A stretch of DNA of 32,000 nucleotides from contig CANGPN010000010.1 in the NCBI GenBank assembly GCA_947456305.1, forward strand, positions 1 through 32,000, written 5' to 3'. Origin of the DNA: Comamonadaceae bacterium (lineage in GTDB: Bacteria; Pseudomonadota; Gammaproteobacteria; Burkholderiales; Burkholderiaceae_C). Position 1 is the first letter of the stretch; every line of letters starts with the position of its first letter. A program made the translations under genes and the position numbers. Below are positions 7,491 to 15,561 of this stretch, piece by piece. The notes beneath the pieces are model-generated. The model worked only from the letters and a program-made list of their open reading frames with translations. It was not told where the DNA came from and made no database searches.

Positions 7491-8842
7491 CACCTACAAC
7501 GCCAGCCGAAAGCAGCCAAGCCCTGCCGCCTGACAGTGCCGCATTGATGTCGCCCGCTAGTGCGCCCTTGGCTTCACCGTTCACTGCCCCCTTGTTTCGC
7601 GACGCTGTATGCCCACGCGCCGCGTCCACACCGCTGGCGCTGGGACCGGGCAACTTACAAGCCACGCTGACATCGGCGGGCGACAAGCGTTTGCTGCTTA
7701 TGTGTTTTGACTATGGTCTGCAACAAGGGTCCATAGGCATGGCCGAGGCCGACCAGTTGCAAACCGCAGTGCGCCATGCGCGCGAACACGGCTTGTACAT
7801 GGTGTGGCTGATAGAGAGCAGCGGCATACGCGTGACCGACGGCACCGCCGGTATTGCATCGCTGCGCCGCGTGTTGCGCGACGTGCAGGACGCACGCTTG
7901 GACGGCTTACGCTTGCTGGCCATGGTGTTCAAGAGCGCTTTCGGCGGTGCCAGCATCCTCACCTCGGTGTGCGAACGCCGCGTGTTGAACGCCGGCACGC
8001 TGCTATCCATGAGTGGCCCTAAGTTGATAGAGCAAAGCGTCGGGGCTGGGCGTTTTGACGCGACCGACAAAACCGCCGTCAGCGCTTTGCTGGGTGGTGC
8101 GGCGCGCGCGGCGCGTTCGGCAGACATTGTGCTGGCAGACGCCTGCCTGCCTTCGTACCTGTCGGCCTTGGATGCGTGGCTGGCAGACGCAGCGCCAGCG
8201 CCTGTGGACGTGGCTTGGTTGCAACATCAACTTTCCGTGTTGACCCGGCGGCTGCCGCAGCCGCTGCAAACACCGCAAGCCTTGCCATTGCCTTCCCCCC
8301 TGTTGCCTTCGCATGCTCAAGCCTTGCTTGAACGCGTGTTGTCCGCACACAGCGGCGTGCATGCAAGCGAAGGCGTGTTGATCGCGCAAATGGCGCATGA
8401 CGCTCACACCCGCGTGCTGGCCTTGATGACCCCCGAGGGCTGCACCGCGCGTGACACGCTGTCGCTGACCCGCGAGTTGTTGCGCCCGCCAGCGTCCGCG
8501 TTCTCGCGCACCGTGTTGCTGGTCGACGCGCCAGGTCACGCCGCCACGCCGGAGGACGAAGCCGTGGTGTTTTCTGAAGTGCTGGCTTTGCTGAGTCTGG
8601 TCATACGCTGGTTGCACCGGCAAGGCCAGCGTGTGGACGTGGTGGTCAGCGGTAGTGGCGGCGGTGGCATACAAGCGGCGCTGGCCGCCGGAGCCAGCAG
8701 CGTGTCCATGGGACCGCAAGCGCGTTTGTATGTCTTGCCCAAGGCAGCGATGCAAGCATTGAACAAAGCCGAAGACGAGAACGCGGGCACACTGGCCACG
8801 GCACTTGCCACGGGTGCCATAGACCATGCATTTACAGATTGA
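7487..8842 (+). CDS. fused MdcD/MdcE-like carboxyltransferase-domain protein (malonate-decarboxylase beta+gamma-like)
   Basis: The N-terminal half (QGSIG, SSGIRVTDGTAGIASL, FGGASIL, MSGPKLIEQSVG) resembles MdcD or an AccD-type carboxyltransferase. The C-terminal half (LLVDAPGHAATPEDE...VVSGSGGGGIQAALAAGA) resembles MdcE. The start is ATG 7487 (ATGA overlap with the hydrolase gene). The first ~70 aa are rich in Ala, Pro and Ser. Confidence 0.55.
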   Translation: MTPTTPAESSQALPPDSAALMSPASAPLASPFTAPLFRDAVCPRAASTPLALGPGNLQATLTSAGDKRLLLMCFDYGLQQGSIGMAEADQLQTAVRHAREHGLYMVWLIESSGIRVTDGTAGIASLRRVLRDVQDARLDGLRLLAMVFKSAFGGASILTSVCERRVLNAGTLLSMSGPKLIEQSVGAGRFDATDKTAVSALLGGAARAARSADIVLADACLPSYLSALDAWLADAAPAPVDVAWLQHQLSVLTRRLPQPLQTPQALPLPSPLLPSHAQALLERVLSAHSGVHASEGVLIAQMAHDAHTRVLALMTPEGCTARDTLSLTRELLRPPASAFSRTVLLVDAPGHAATPEDEAVVFSEVLALLSLVIRWLHRQGQRVDVVVSGSGGGGIQAALAAGASSVSMGPQARLYVLPKAAMQALNKAEDENAGTLATALATGAIDHAFTD

Positions 8843-10367
8843 GGCCTGGGTGACCTACAAGGGCAATTTTTACCAACACATAGAACGCCACGCGCTGGCC
8901 GCGCCCGACGCGCCTTGTGTGTACACAGGCAGCAGTGAAGTGCTGAGCCGAGCTTGGTTGCATCAGATGTCAGGCCGTTACGCCAACGCGCTGTTGGCGC
9001 TGGGCTGTGTGCGCGGCGACAGGGTGGCGGTGCAAGTGGACAAATCCGTGCAAGCGCTGTGCGTTTACTTGGCTTGCGTGCGCGCCGGTCTGGTGTTTTT
9101 GCCTTTGAACACCGCTTACCAACCCGATGAACTGGTCTTTTTGCTGGGGGACGCAGCCCCCGCATTGTTTGTTTGCAGGCCCAGCCACAAACAGCAGTTG
9201 CAAGCGCAACTCCAACTGCCTGCTGATGTGAAATACATGGACTTGGATGCCAACGGCCAAGGCAGTTTGTTCGACCTGGCCCGGGCTTGCGATCATCATT
9301 TCGACACCTGCGCGGTGGACGGCGAAGACATGGCGTGTTTGATGTACACCTCGGGCACCACCGGCCGGCCCAAAGGCGCCATGCTCAGCCACCGCGCCGT
9401 GTCGTATTGCGCGCTGACGCTGGGCGGCTTGTGGAGGTTCAGCGAGGCCGATGTGCTGTTGCACGCGCTGCCGATTTTTCACGGCCACGGTTTGTTTGTG
9501 TCTTGCAATGTGGCGCTGGCCGCCGGTGCCGCCATATTGTTTCAACCCGGTTTTAGCGTTGACGCGGTGCTGGCCGCGCTGCCGCAGGCCAGCGTGTTCA
9601 TGGGCGTGCCCACCTATATACACAGGCTGCTGGCGGATGAGCGGCTCACGCCTGAGCTGTGCGCGCACATGCGCTTGTTCACCTGCGGGTCGGCACCGCT
9701 GTCCGCCGAGGTGCACCGCGCCTTCGAGGCGCGCACCGGGCACCGGATAGTTGAGCGCTACGGCGCCACCGAAGCCATGATCATCAGCTCCAACCCCATG
9801 GATGGCGAACGCAGACCGGGCAGCGTGGGGCTGGCGCTGCCGGGGCTGGAGCTACGCATCACCGACACACAGGACCAGCCTTTAACTACGGGTGAGATTG
9901 GCATGATTCAGGTGCGCGGCCCGGGCTTGTTCAGCGGCTATTGGCGACTGCCGCAGCAGACGCAGCAAGAGTTCACGGCAGACGGTTTTTTCCGCACCGG
10001 CGACCTGGGTTGCATGGACGACAGCGCCTATCTGAGTATCACCGGGCGCGCCAAAGATTTGATCATCAGCGGCGGCTACAACGTCTACCCCGTGGAGGTC
10101 GAGAACGTCATCAACCGCATGCCGCAAGTGCAAGAGTCGGCGGTGGTCGGCGTGCCGCATCCGGATTTCGGCGAAGCCGTGGTGGCGGTGCTGGTGCCGC
10201 ACGACATGAACAACGCGCCAACAACAGCCGAGGTCATCGCCTGGACGCGCGAGCGGCTGGCCAACTACAAACTGCCAAAGCGGGTGGTCGTGCTGTCAGA
10301 GTTGCCGCGCAACACCATGGGCAAGGTGGTGAAGGCGAAGTTGAGGGAGATGGTGTCTGAAAAGTAA
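8826..10367 (+). CDS. matB: AMP-forming acyl-CoA synthetase, MatB-like (malonyl-CoA synthetase-like)
   Basis: AMP-binding motif MYTSGTTGRPKGAM. The N-terminal block VYLACVRAGLVFLPLNTAYQPDELVFLLGDAAPALFVC resembles MatB as I remember it. C-terminal KLPK...GKVVK. Confidence 0.65.
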   Translation: MHLQIEAWVTYKGNFYQHIERHALAAPDAPCVYTGSSEVLSRAWLHQMSGRYANALLALGCVRGDRVAVQVDKSVQALCVYLACVRAGLVFLPLNTAYQPDELVFLLGDAAPALFVCRPSHKQQLQAQLQLPADVKYMDLDANGQGSLFDLARACDHHFDTCAVDGEDMACLMYTSGTTGRPKGAMLSHRAVSYCALTLGGLWRFSEADVLLHALPIFHGHGLFVSCNVALAAGAAILFQPGFSVDAVLAALPQASVFMGVPTYIHRLLADERLTPELCAHMRLFTCGSAPLSAEVHRAFEARTGHRIVERYGATEAMIISSNPMDGERRPGSVGLALPGLELRITDTQDQPLTTGEIGMIQVRGPGLFSGYWRLPQQTQQEFTADGFFRTGDLGCMDDSAYLSITGRAKDLIISGGYNVYPVEVENVINRMPQVQESAVVGVPHPDFGEAVVAVLVPHDMNNAPTTAEVIAWTRERLANYKLPKRVVVLSELPRNTMGKVVKAKLREMVSEK

Positions 10368-11155
10368 TGGGGCTTGCGATGAAAATTGCAATTAATATAG
10401 CTTTCATGATCTCCCCCCAATTCATCAGCCGCGTCACGCTGCGCCGTGACATCGTCGAATCCTTCGATGCCTACCCGTTCTCGTTGCCAACTGTTCGCAC
10501 ATTCGACTACTTGGAAATGCACCCCAAAGTCACCTATGTCATTGGTGAAAACGGTTCGGGCAAATCCACCTTGCTAGAGGCGATTGCAGTGTCCATGGGT
10601 TTTAACGCCGAGGGCGGCTCTAAAAACTTCAACTTCGGCACGCACCGCTCGCACTCAGACTTGCACCGCTATTTGCGCATTGCCAAAGGTTTTCGCAAAC
10701 CGCGCACCGGGTATTTTTTGCGTGCTGAAAGTTTTTACAACGTCGCCAGCGAAATCGACAAGCTCGATGCCGAGCCTGTGGCTGCGCCGCGCATCATCGA
10801 TGGCTATGGCGGGCGTTCTTTGCACCAACAATCGCACGGTGAATCTTTTTTGGCGTTGTTGACGCAACGCTTCAAAGGGGAGGGCTTGTACATACTGGAC
10901 GAGCCTGAGGCGGCCTTGTCGCCGCAGCGCCAGTTGGCGGTGCTTTCGCGTATTCATGATTTGGTGCAGGATGGTTCGCAGTTCATCATCGCCACGCATT
11001 CGCCCATACTCATGGCCTACCCGGATGCGTGCATTTACCAGTGCAGCAAAGAAGGCATTTCAACGGTGGCCTATGAGGACACGGAGCACTTTCAAGTGAC
11101 GCGCGATTTTTTAGCCAACCCGCAGCGCATGCTCAAGGTGTTGTTTCAGAGCTAG
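10367..11155 (+). CDS. stand-alone ABC-type/AAA ATPase (COG3910-like predicted ATPase)
   Basis: Walker A GENGSGKST, signature-like QSHGESF, Walker B LYILDEPEAALS and H-loop IIATHSP. No TM or substrate-binding partner is present. The start is ambiguous (10367, 10379 or 10406); the ATG at 10367 overlaps the matB-like TAA stop. Confidence 0.75.
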   Translation: MGLAMKIAINIAFMISPQFISRVTLRRDIVESFDAYPFSLPTVRTFDYLEMHPKVTYVIGENGSGKSTLLEAIAVSMGFNAEGGSKNFNFGTHRSHSDLHRYLRIAKGFRKPRTGYFLRAESFYNVASEIDKLDAEPVAAPRIIDGYGGRSLHQQSHGESFLALLTQRFKGEGLYILDEPEAALSPQRQLAVLSRIHDLVQDGSQFIIATHSPILMAYPDACIYQCSKEGISTVAYEDTEHFQVTRDFLANPQRMLKVLFQS

Positions 11156-11190
11156 TACCGGCTAGATGTTCAAGTAGCGGTCAGGTGTTA

Positions 11191-11922
11191 TCACTTTAAC
11201 CACTGCGGATCAGGCAACTGCCCGAACACCTGTCGCAAGCCCTTGCTCCAGCTGCTGCGCAAATCTCTGAAGTAGGTGTCTTCCGCGTCTATGCGGTGGC
11301 GTTTGGTGATACGCAAGTCGTCGGTTTTAACCATGGCCACGTCTATGGGCAAACCCACTGACAAATTACTTTTGATGGTGGAGTCAAACGACACCAGCGC
11401 GCATTTGATGGCCTGCGACATGCTGATACCGGGTTGTATGACGCGGTCCAAAATCGGCTTGCCGTATTTGCTTTCACCAATTTGAAAAAACGGTGTGTCT
11501 GCGGTGGACTCGATGAAATTGCCTTGCGGATACACCATGAACAAACGCGGTGCTTCGCCCTTGACCTGACCACCGACCAAAAACGTCGCAGAAAAATCCA
11601 CGTCGCTTTGTTCGGGCGCTTCGTTCAGGGTGGTGTGTATGGTTTTGCGCAATTCGCGGCCCACCAGTTCGGCCACGGTAAACATGGAGGCGTGGGCGGT
11701 GAGCGGTTTTTCTGCGTCTATGGCGTGTTGTTTGATGCGGCTGACCACTTGCTGCGTGGTGGCGAGGTTGCCGCTGTTGAGCATGACGATCACGCCTTGG
11801 CCCGGCGTTTCTATGACCGTCATCTTGCAAAACGTAGATACGTGGTCCACACCTGCGTTGGTGCGTGAGTCCGAGGCGAACACCAGTCCTTCGTCGAGGA
11901 CCATGCCAACACAGTAAGTCAT
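11191..11922 (-). CDS. Anbu (ancestral beta-subunit) proteasome-type peptidase
   Basis: MTYCVGMVLDEGLVFASDSRTNAG has Thr directly after the initiator Met (an Ntn-hydrolase nucleophile with no propeptide). It is the last gene of a cpATP-grasp/alpha-E/transglutaminase operon. Confidence 0.85.
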   Translation of the reverse strand: MTYCVGMVLDEGLVFASDSRTNAGVDHVSTFCKMTVIETPGQGVIVMLNSGNLATTQQVVSRIKQHAIDAEKPLTAHASMFTVAELVGRELRKTIHTTLNEAPEQSDVDFSATFLVGGQVKGEAPRLFMVYPQGNFIESTADTPFFQIGESKYGKPILDRVIQPGISMSQAIKCALVSFDSTIKSNLSVGLPIDVAMVKTDDLRITKRHRIDAEDTYFRDLRSSWSKGLRQVFGQLPDPQWLK

Positions 11923-11932
11923 GCTTAAAGCC

Positions 11933-12736
11933 TTATTGCTGATCGTGAATGGCTGATTCTACTTTTGCATAGCTGTGCATGACTTCTTTACCGCCGCCTA
12001 TGCGCACACCGCGCACCGGGCTGGCGTCTTCATAGTCCAGACCATGCGCCAGTCGGATATGGCCTTGGTCTGCATCGGTAGAGTTGCTGACGTCATAGCC
12101 TATCCACCGGTTGCCGACCCAAGCTTCAGCCCAGGCGTGACTGGCGACTTGCTCGTTATGCGCCGAATGCAAATACCCGCTGACGTAGCGCGCGGGCACA
12201 CCCAGGTAACGTGCACAAGCCAGAAACACATGCGTATGGTCTTGGCACACGCCTTTGCCTTTGGCAAACGACTGAGATGCCGAGTCACCTACGTGCGTGA
12301 TGCCGGTTTCATACGGCATGCGTTCCAGCAAAGCCAGCATCACATCATGCAAACCCATGTAGGGCCGCGACTTGACCGTGGCTTTGAAAGGATCAATAAA
12401 AGATTGGATGGACTGGTCGACGCTGGTCAAGGTGGTGGGCCGCAAAAACACTGCGTGCGGCACCAGGCCTTCAGGCTCGCCCTGATCGGTATCGATCAAC
12501 TCGACAGTGCCGCGCGCGCGCAACACAATGTCCTGGCTAGCGTTTTCCAACACCAAGCAATGGCACAAATTGCCAATAGCATCGGTCCAAGGCGTGGCTT
12601 TGCCGGGCAAGTCCAGGTGCCACTGCAACACGTTTTGCCTTTGCGTTTTGGTGGGTGTCATGCGCAGCATTTGTATGCTGCGGCGCACCGCTTGGTCGTA
12701 GCGGTAACTGGTTTCGTGAAAGACCTGCAGCTTCAT
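11933..12736 (-). CDS. transglutaminase-like cysteine protease family protein
   Basis: Core motif GKGVCQDHTHVFLACARYLGVPARYVSGY with downstream H and D residues. The ATG overlaps the alpha-E stop (ATGA). Confidence 0.85.
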   Translation of the reverse strand: MKLQVFHETSYRYDQAVRRSIQMLRMTPTKTQRQNVLQWHLDLPGKATPWTDAIGNLCHCLVLENASQDIVLRARGTVELIDTDQGEPEGLVPHAVFLRPTTLTSVDQSIQSFIDPFKATVKSRPYMGLHDVMLALLERMPYETGITHVGDSASQSFAKGKGVCQDHTHVFLACARYLGVPARYVSGYLHSAHNEQVASHAWAEAWVGNRWIGYDVSNSTDADQGHIRLAHGLDYEDASPVRGVRIGGGKEVMHSYAKVESAIHDQQ

Positions 12737-13683
12737 GCGATGGACTCCAGGTAATCGGTTTGCACCGCGTCGGCCAAGGCGATGTTTTCGGTGACAAACA
12801 TCTCCAAGTAGTTTTCCAAGCCACTGTCATACACCTCGGTCAAGCTGCCGTATTTCAAATTGGTCAACAGGTTGGCGCAGCGCTTGCGTGCTTCGCGGCC
12901 TGTTTGCTGCGGTAACTGGTTGAGGATGTATGCGGTTTCATCCAAACAAAAATGCAAGGAACGCGGTACACGCGCATTGAAGATCAGCAACTCGGACACA
13001 CGGTCTGCATCAATCGCGTCGCGGTAGGTGTCGCGGTAAGCCTCTAAGGCACTGACGGATCGCAACACCGCACCGAGCCGGTAGTAGTCGTCCACCAGGT
13101 TATTGCCTTCAGCTTGCTCCACCTGTGTTTTCACACTCAGAATACGTGCGGTGTTATCGGCACGCTCAAGGTAAGTGCCAAGGCGTATGAAGTGGTAAGG
13201 CTGGTCGCGCTGGATGGTGGCAAAGGTGACCCCGCGAAACAAATGCGAGCGTTGTTTGATCCATTCGAACAGCGAGGCATCCACCGCTTGATCGGCGCTT
13301 TTGTGTTTCTTTTTTCGCGCCAGCAATTCCAGCCAAGTGTCATTGATGCATTCCCACATTTCCACTGTCATGGCACCGCGCACCGAGCGTGCGTTTTCGC
13401 GGCACGACTGTATGCAGTTGAAGATGGATGAAGGGTGGTCCGGGTCCCAAGCCAAAAACTGCGCGACTTGGTCGGAGCGCATCGGCCTGCCGGTGGCTTC
13501 GAAGGCCGCCAGCGTGTCGGTGATGACCAGCGGTTCGCTGACCGTGTCCGGCGCGGCGCGGCTGCTGTCCGAGGTGGACAGCAAGGCGAACGACTGGCCG
13601 ACTTCCAAAATACGCGCCATGTTTTCAGCGCGCTCTAAATAGCGCGACAACCAATAGAGTTGCGCAGCAACACGTGACAGCAT
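12733..13683 (-). CDS. alpha-E domain protein (COG2307-type)
   Basis: MLSRVAAQLYWLSRYLERAENMARILEV is the typical alpha-E N-terminus. The start at 13683 overlaps the ATP-grasp stop (TGATG). The ORF-track extension to 13881 is Arg-rich junk that overlaps the upstream gene. Confidence 0.85.
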   Translation of the reverse strand: MLSRVAAQLYWLSRYLERAENMARILEVGQSFALLSTSDSSRAAPDTVSEPLVITDTLAAFEATGRPMRSDQVAQFLAWDPDHPSSIFNCIQSCRENARSVRGAMTVEMWECINDTWLELLARKKKHKSADQAVDASLFEWIKQRSHLFRGVTFATIQRDQPYHFIRLGTYLERADNTARILSVKTQVEQAEGNNLVDDYYRLGAVLRSVSALEAYRDTYRDAIDADRVSELLIFNARVPRSLHFCLDETAYILNQLPQQTGREARKRCANLLTNLKYGSLTEVYDSGLENYLEMFVTENIALADAVQTDYLESIA

Positions 13684-15107
13684 CAGAGCGCCTCCTCGTC
13701 TTCCAGCACCCAGGTGTCTTTGGTGCCGCCGCCTTGGGATGAATTGACCACCAACGAGCCTTCGCGCAAAGCCACGCGTGTCAGACCGCCTGGCACGATG
13801 CGCGTGTCTTTGCCCATGAGCACAAAGGGGCGCAAATCGATATGACGCGGCGCAATGCCTTGGTCGACAAAAATCGGGCAAGCTGACAAACTGAGCGTGG
13901 GCTGTGCGATGTAGTTGTCCGGTTGTGCTTTGAGCCGCACTGCGAAGTCCTCAATTTCTTGTTTGCTGGCGGTGGGCCCGACCAACATGCCGTAGCCGCC
14001 AGCGCCATGTACTTCTTTCACCACCAGTTGCGACAAATTTGCCAACACATAAGACAACTCATCGGGCTTGCGGCATTGCCAGGTTTGTACGTTGTTCAAA
14101 ATAGGCGTTTCGCTCAAATAAAAACGGATCATGTCCGGCACATACGGGTAGATAGATTTGTCATCCGCCACGCCGGTACCTAACGCGTTGGAGATGACCA
14201 CATTGCCTTGTCTGTACACCGAAGCCAAGCCGGGCACGCCTATCAAAGAATCCGGCTCGAAACTCAGCGGGTCCATGTAGACATCATCGACTCTGCGGTA
14301 GATGACATCGACCTGCTGCGGGCCTTCCGTGGTTTGCATGTACACATGGCCATTGCGCACAAACAGGTCTGAGCCTTCAACCAGTTCTATGCCCATTTGC
14401 TTGGCCAAAAACGCATGCTCGAAATACGCGCTGTTGAAACGCCCCGGCGTGTGCAACACGACAGTAGGCTGATCCACCCAACTGGCTGAGCGCAATGTTT
14501 GCAACAGCAGTGCTGGGTAGTGTTCCACCGGGCGCACCGCGTAGCGGCGAAACAAATCGGGGAACAAGCGCATCATCAGCAAGCGGTTGCTCAGCATGTA
14601 AGACACGCCTGAGGGCACGCGCAGGTTGTCTTCCAAAACATAAAAATCGCCGTCCGAATGCCGCACGATGTCCACGCCCGCGATATGCGCGTAAATCTGA
14701 TGCGGCAAATCCAGTCCGAGCATGATGGGCATGAACTGCGCATTCGCCATCACCTGTTCGGCAGGAATCAAACCGGCTTTCAAAATGCGTTGTCCGTGAT
14801 AGACATCATGCAAAAACATATTGATGGCTTTGACCCGCTGAATCAAGCCTTTTTCTAAGTGCGCCCATTCTTTGCCATGGATGATGCGCGGTATCAAGTC
14901 CGAGGGAATCAAGCGCTCGGTGCCGCCTTCGTCTCCGTTGAGTGAAAACGTGATGCCGGTGCGTCTGAAGATCAGGTCAGCCTCGGTTTGTTTGACCTGC
15001 ACGGTTTCGCGGGAAATGCCTTTAAGCCAACTGTCAAAGGCTTCGTAATGAGGTCTGGCATAACCGCCTTCATCACTCATTTCATTAAAAATGGACTTGC
15101 TGCTCAT
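13683..15107 (-). CDS. circularly permuted type-2 ATP-grasp protein (COG2308-type)
   Basis: A 474-aa protein. Its size, position and sequence (e.g. VVKEVHGAGGYGMLVGP, SSQGGGTKDTWVL) match the first gene of Anbu-type operons. Confidence 0.8.
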   Translation of the reverse strand: MSSKSIFNEMSDEGGYARPHYEAFDSWLKGISRETVQVKQTEADLIFRRTGITFSLNGDEGGTERLIPSDLIPRIIHGKEWAHLEKGLIQRVKAINMFLHDVYHGQRILKAGLIPAEQVMANAQFMPIMLGLDLPHQIYAHIAGVDIVRHSDGDFYVLEDNLRVPSGVSYMLSNRLLMMRLFPDLFRRYAVRPVEHYPALLLQTLRSASWVDQPTVVLHTPGRFNSAYFEHAFLAKQMGIELVEGSDLFVRNGHVYMQTTEGPQQVDVIYRRVDDVYMDPLSFEPDSLIGVPGLASVYRQGNVVISNALGTGVADDKSIYPYVPDMIRFYLSETPILNNVQTWQCRKPDELSYVLANLSQLVVKEVHGAGGYGMLVGPTASKQEIEDFAVRLKAQPDNYIAQPTLSLSACPIFVDQGIAPRHIDLRPFVLMGKDTRIVPGGLTRVALREGSLVVNSSQGGGTKDTWVLEDEEAL

Positions 15108-15208
15108 GGTGTACCCGGGCTGTGTGCGGTGTTGCAGGCTGTTAAAGCACGCTTCATGCCGTCATTTCTTTTCAACTCTCTCGGGCTGTGAATAGCTTGC
15201 GCTGATTT

Positions 15209-15251
15209 AGTGCGCACTGTTTAGGCTTGTGGATGCACTTTTAAAGTGCAT
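15209..15251. promoter_or_regulatory. pair of palindromes sharing GTGC/GCAC cores in a divergent 454-nt intergenic region (candidate operator sites)
   Basis: AGTGCGCACT (15209-15218) is a perfect 10-bp palindrome. ATGCACTTT-T-AAAGTGCAT (15233-15251) has 9-bp arms. Confidence 0.3.
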
Positions 15252-15561
15252 TGAAGGATACTTGCCGGAACTTTTTCTGATCAGCCCGCAACCGGGGTGC
15301 TTCTGAGGAACTATTTTGGATTTGTGCGTGCGATACGTTGTAAAAATCCCGCACTCAAGCTGATTTGCATACTTTTAAATACAAATAATGAATCGCTATA
15401 AACGCTAAATTCAGTAGAATTGAGAAAACTCCGAGCCCAAGCGCGTTGAGAGACAAGCGCTTAGCGAAAAGTGTTCAAGTGAAGCCAGCCGATAAGCTGC
15501 GGATACAGGCGAATAGCGGCTCCGCTGTTTTTAAATAACTGGTACGAATTGAGGTTTTGGC

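Noticed and set aside
7698-9743. Many long antisense or alternative-frame ORFs in the GC-rich block. Examples: 8003-8827(-), 8536-9165(-), 8970-9743(-), 7711-8127(-), 9941-10360(+).
   Set aside because: Their translations are Arg/Ala/Gly/Pro-rich low-complexity strings with no motifs. They fully overlap ORFs that carry clear enzyme motifs. This is the typical shadow-ORF effect of high GC.
11975-12754. A 259-aa plus-strand ORF opposite the transglutaminase gene, and the similar ORFs 11434-11868(+) and 13114-13642(+).
   Set aside because: They are shadow ORFs inside the tightly coupled Anbu operon. The minus-strand genes have unmistakable family motifs.
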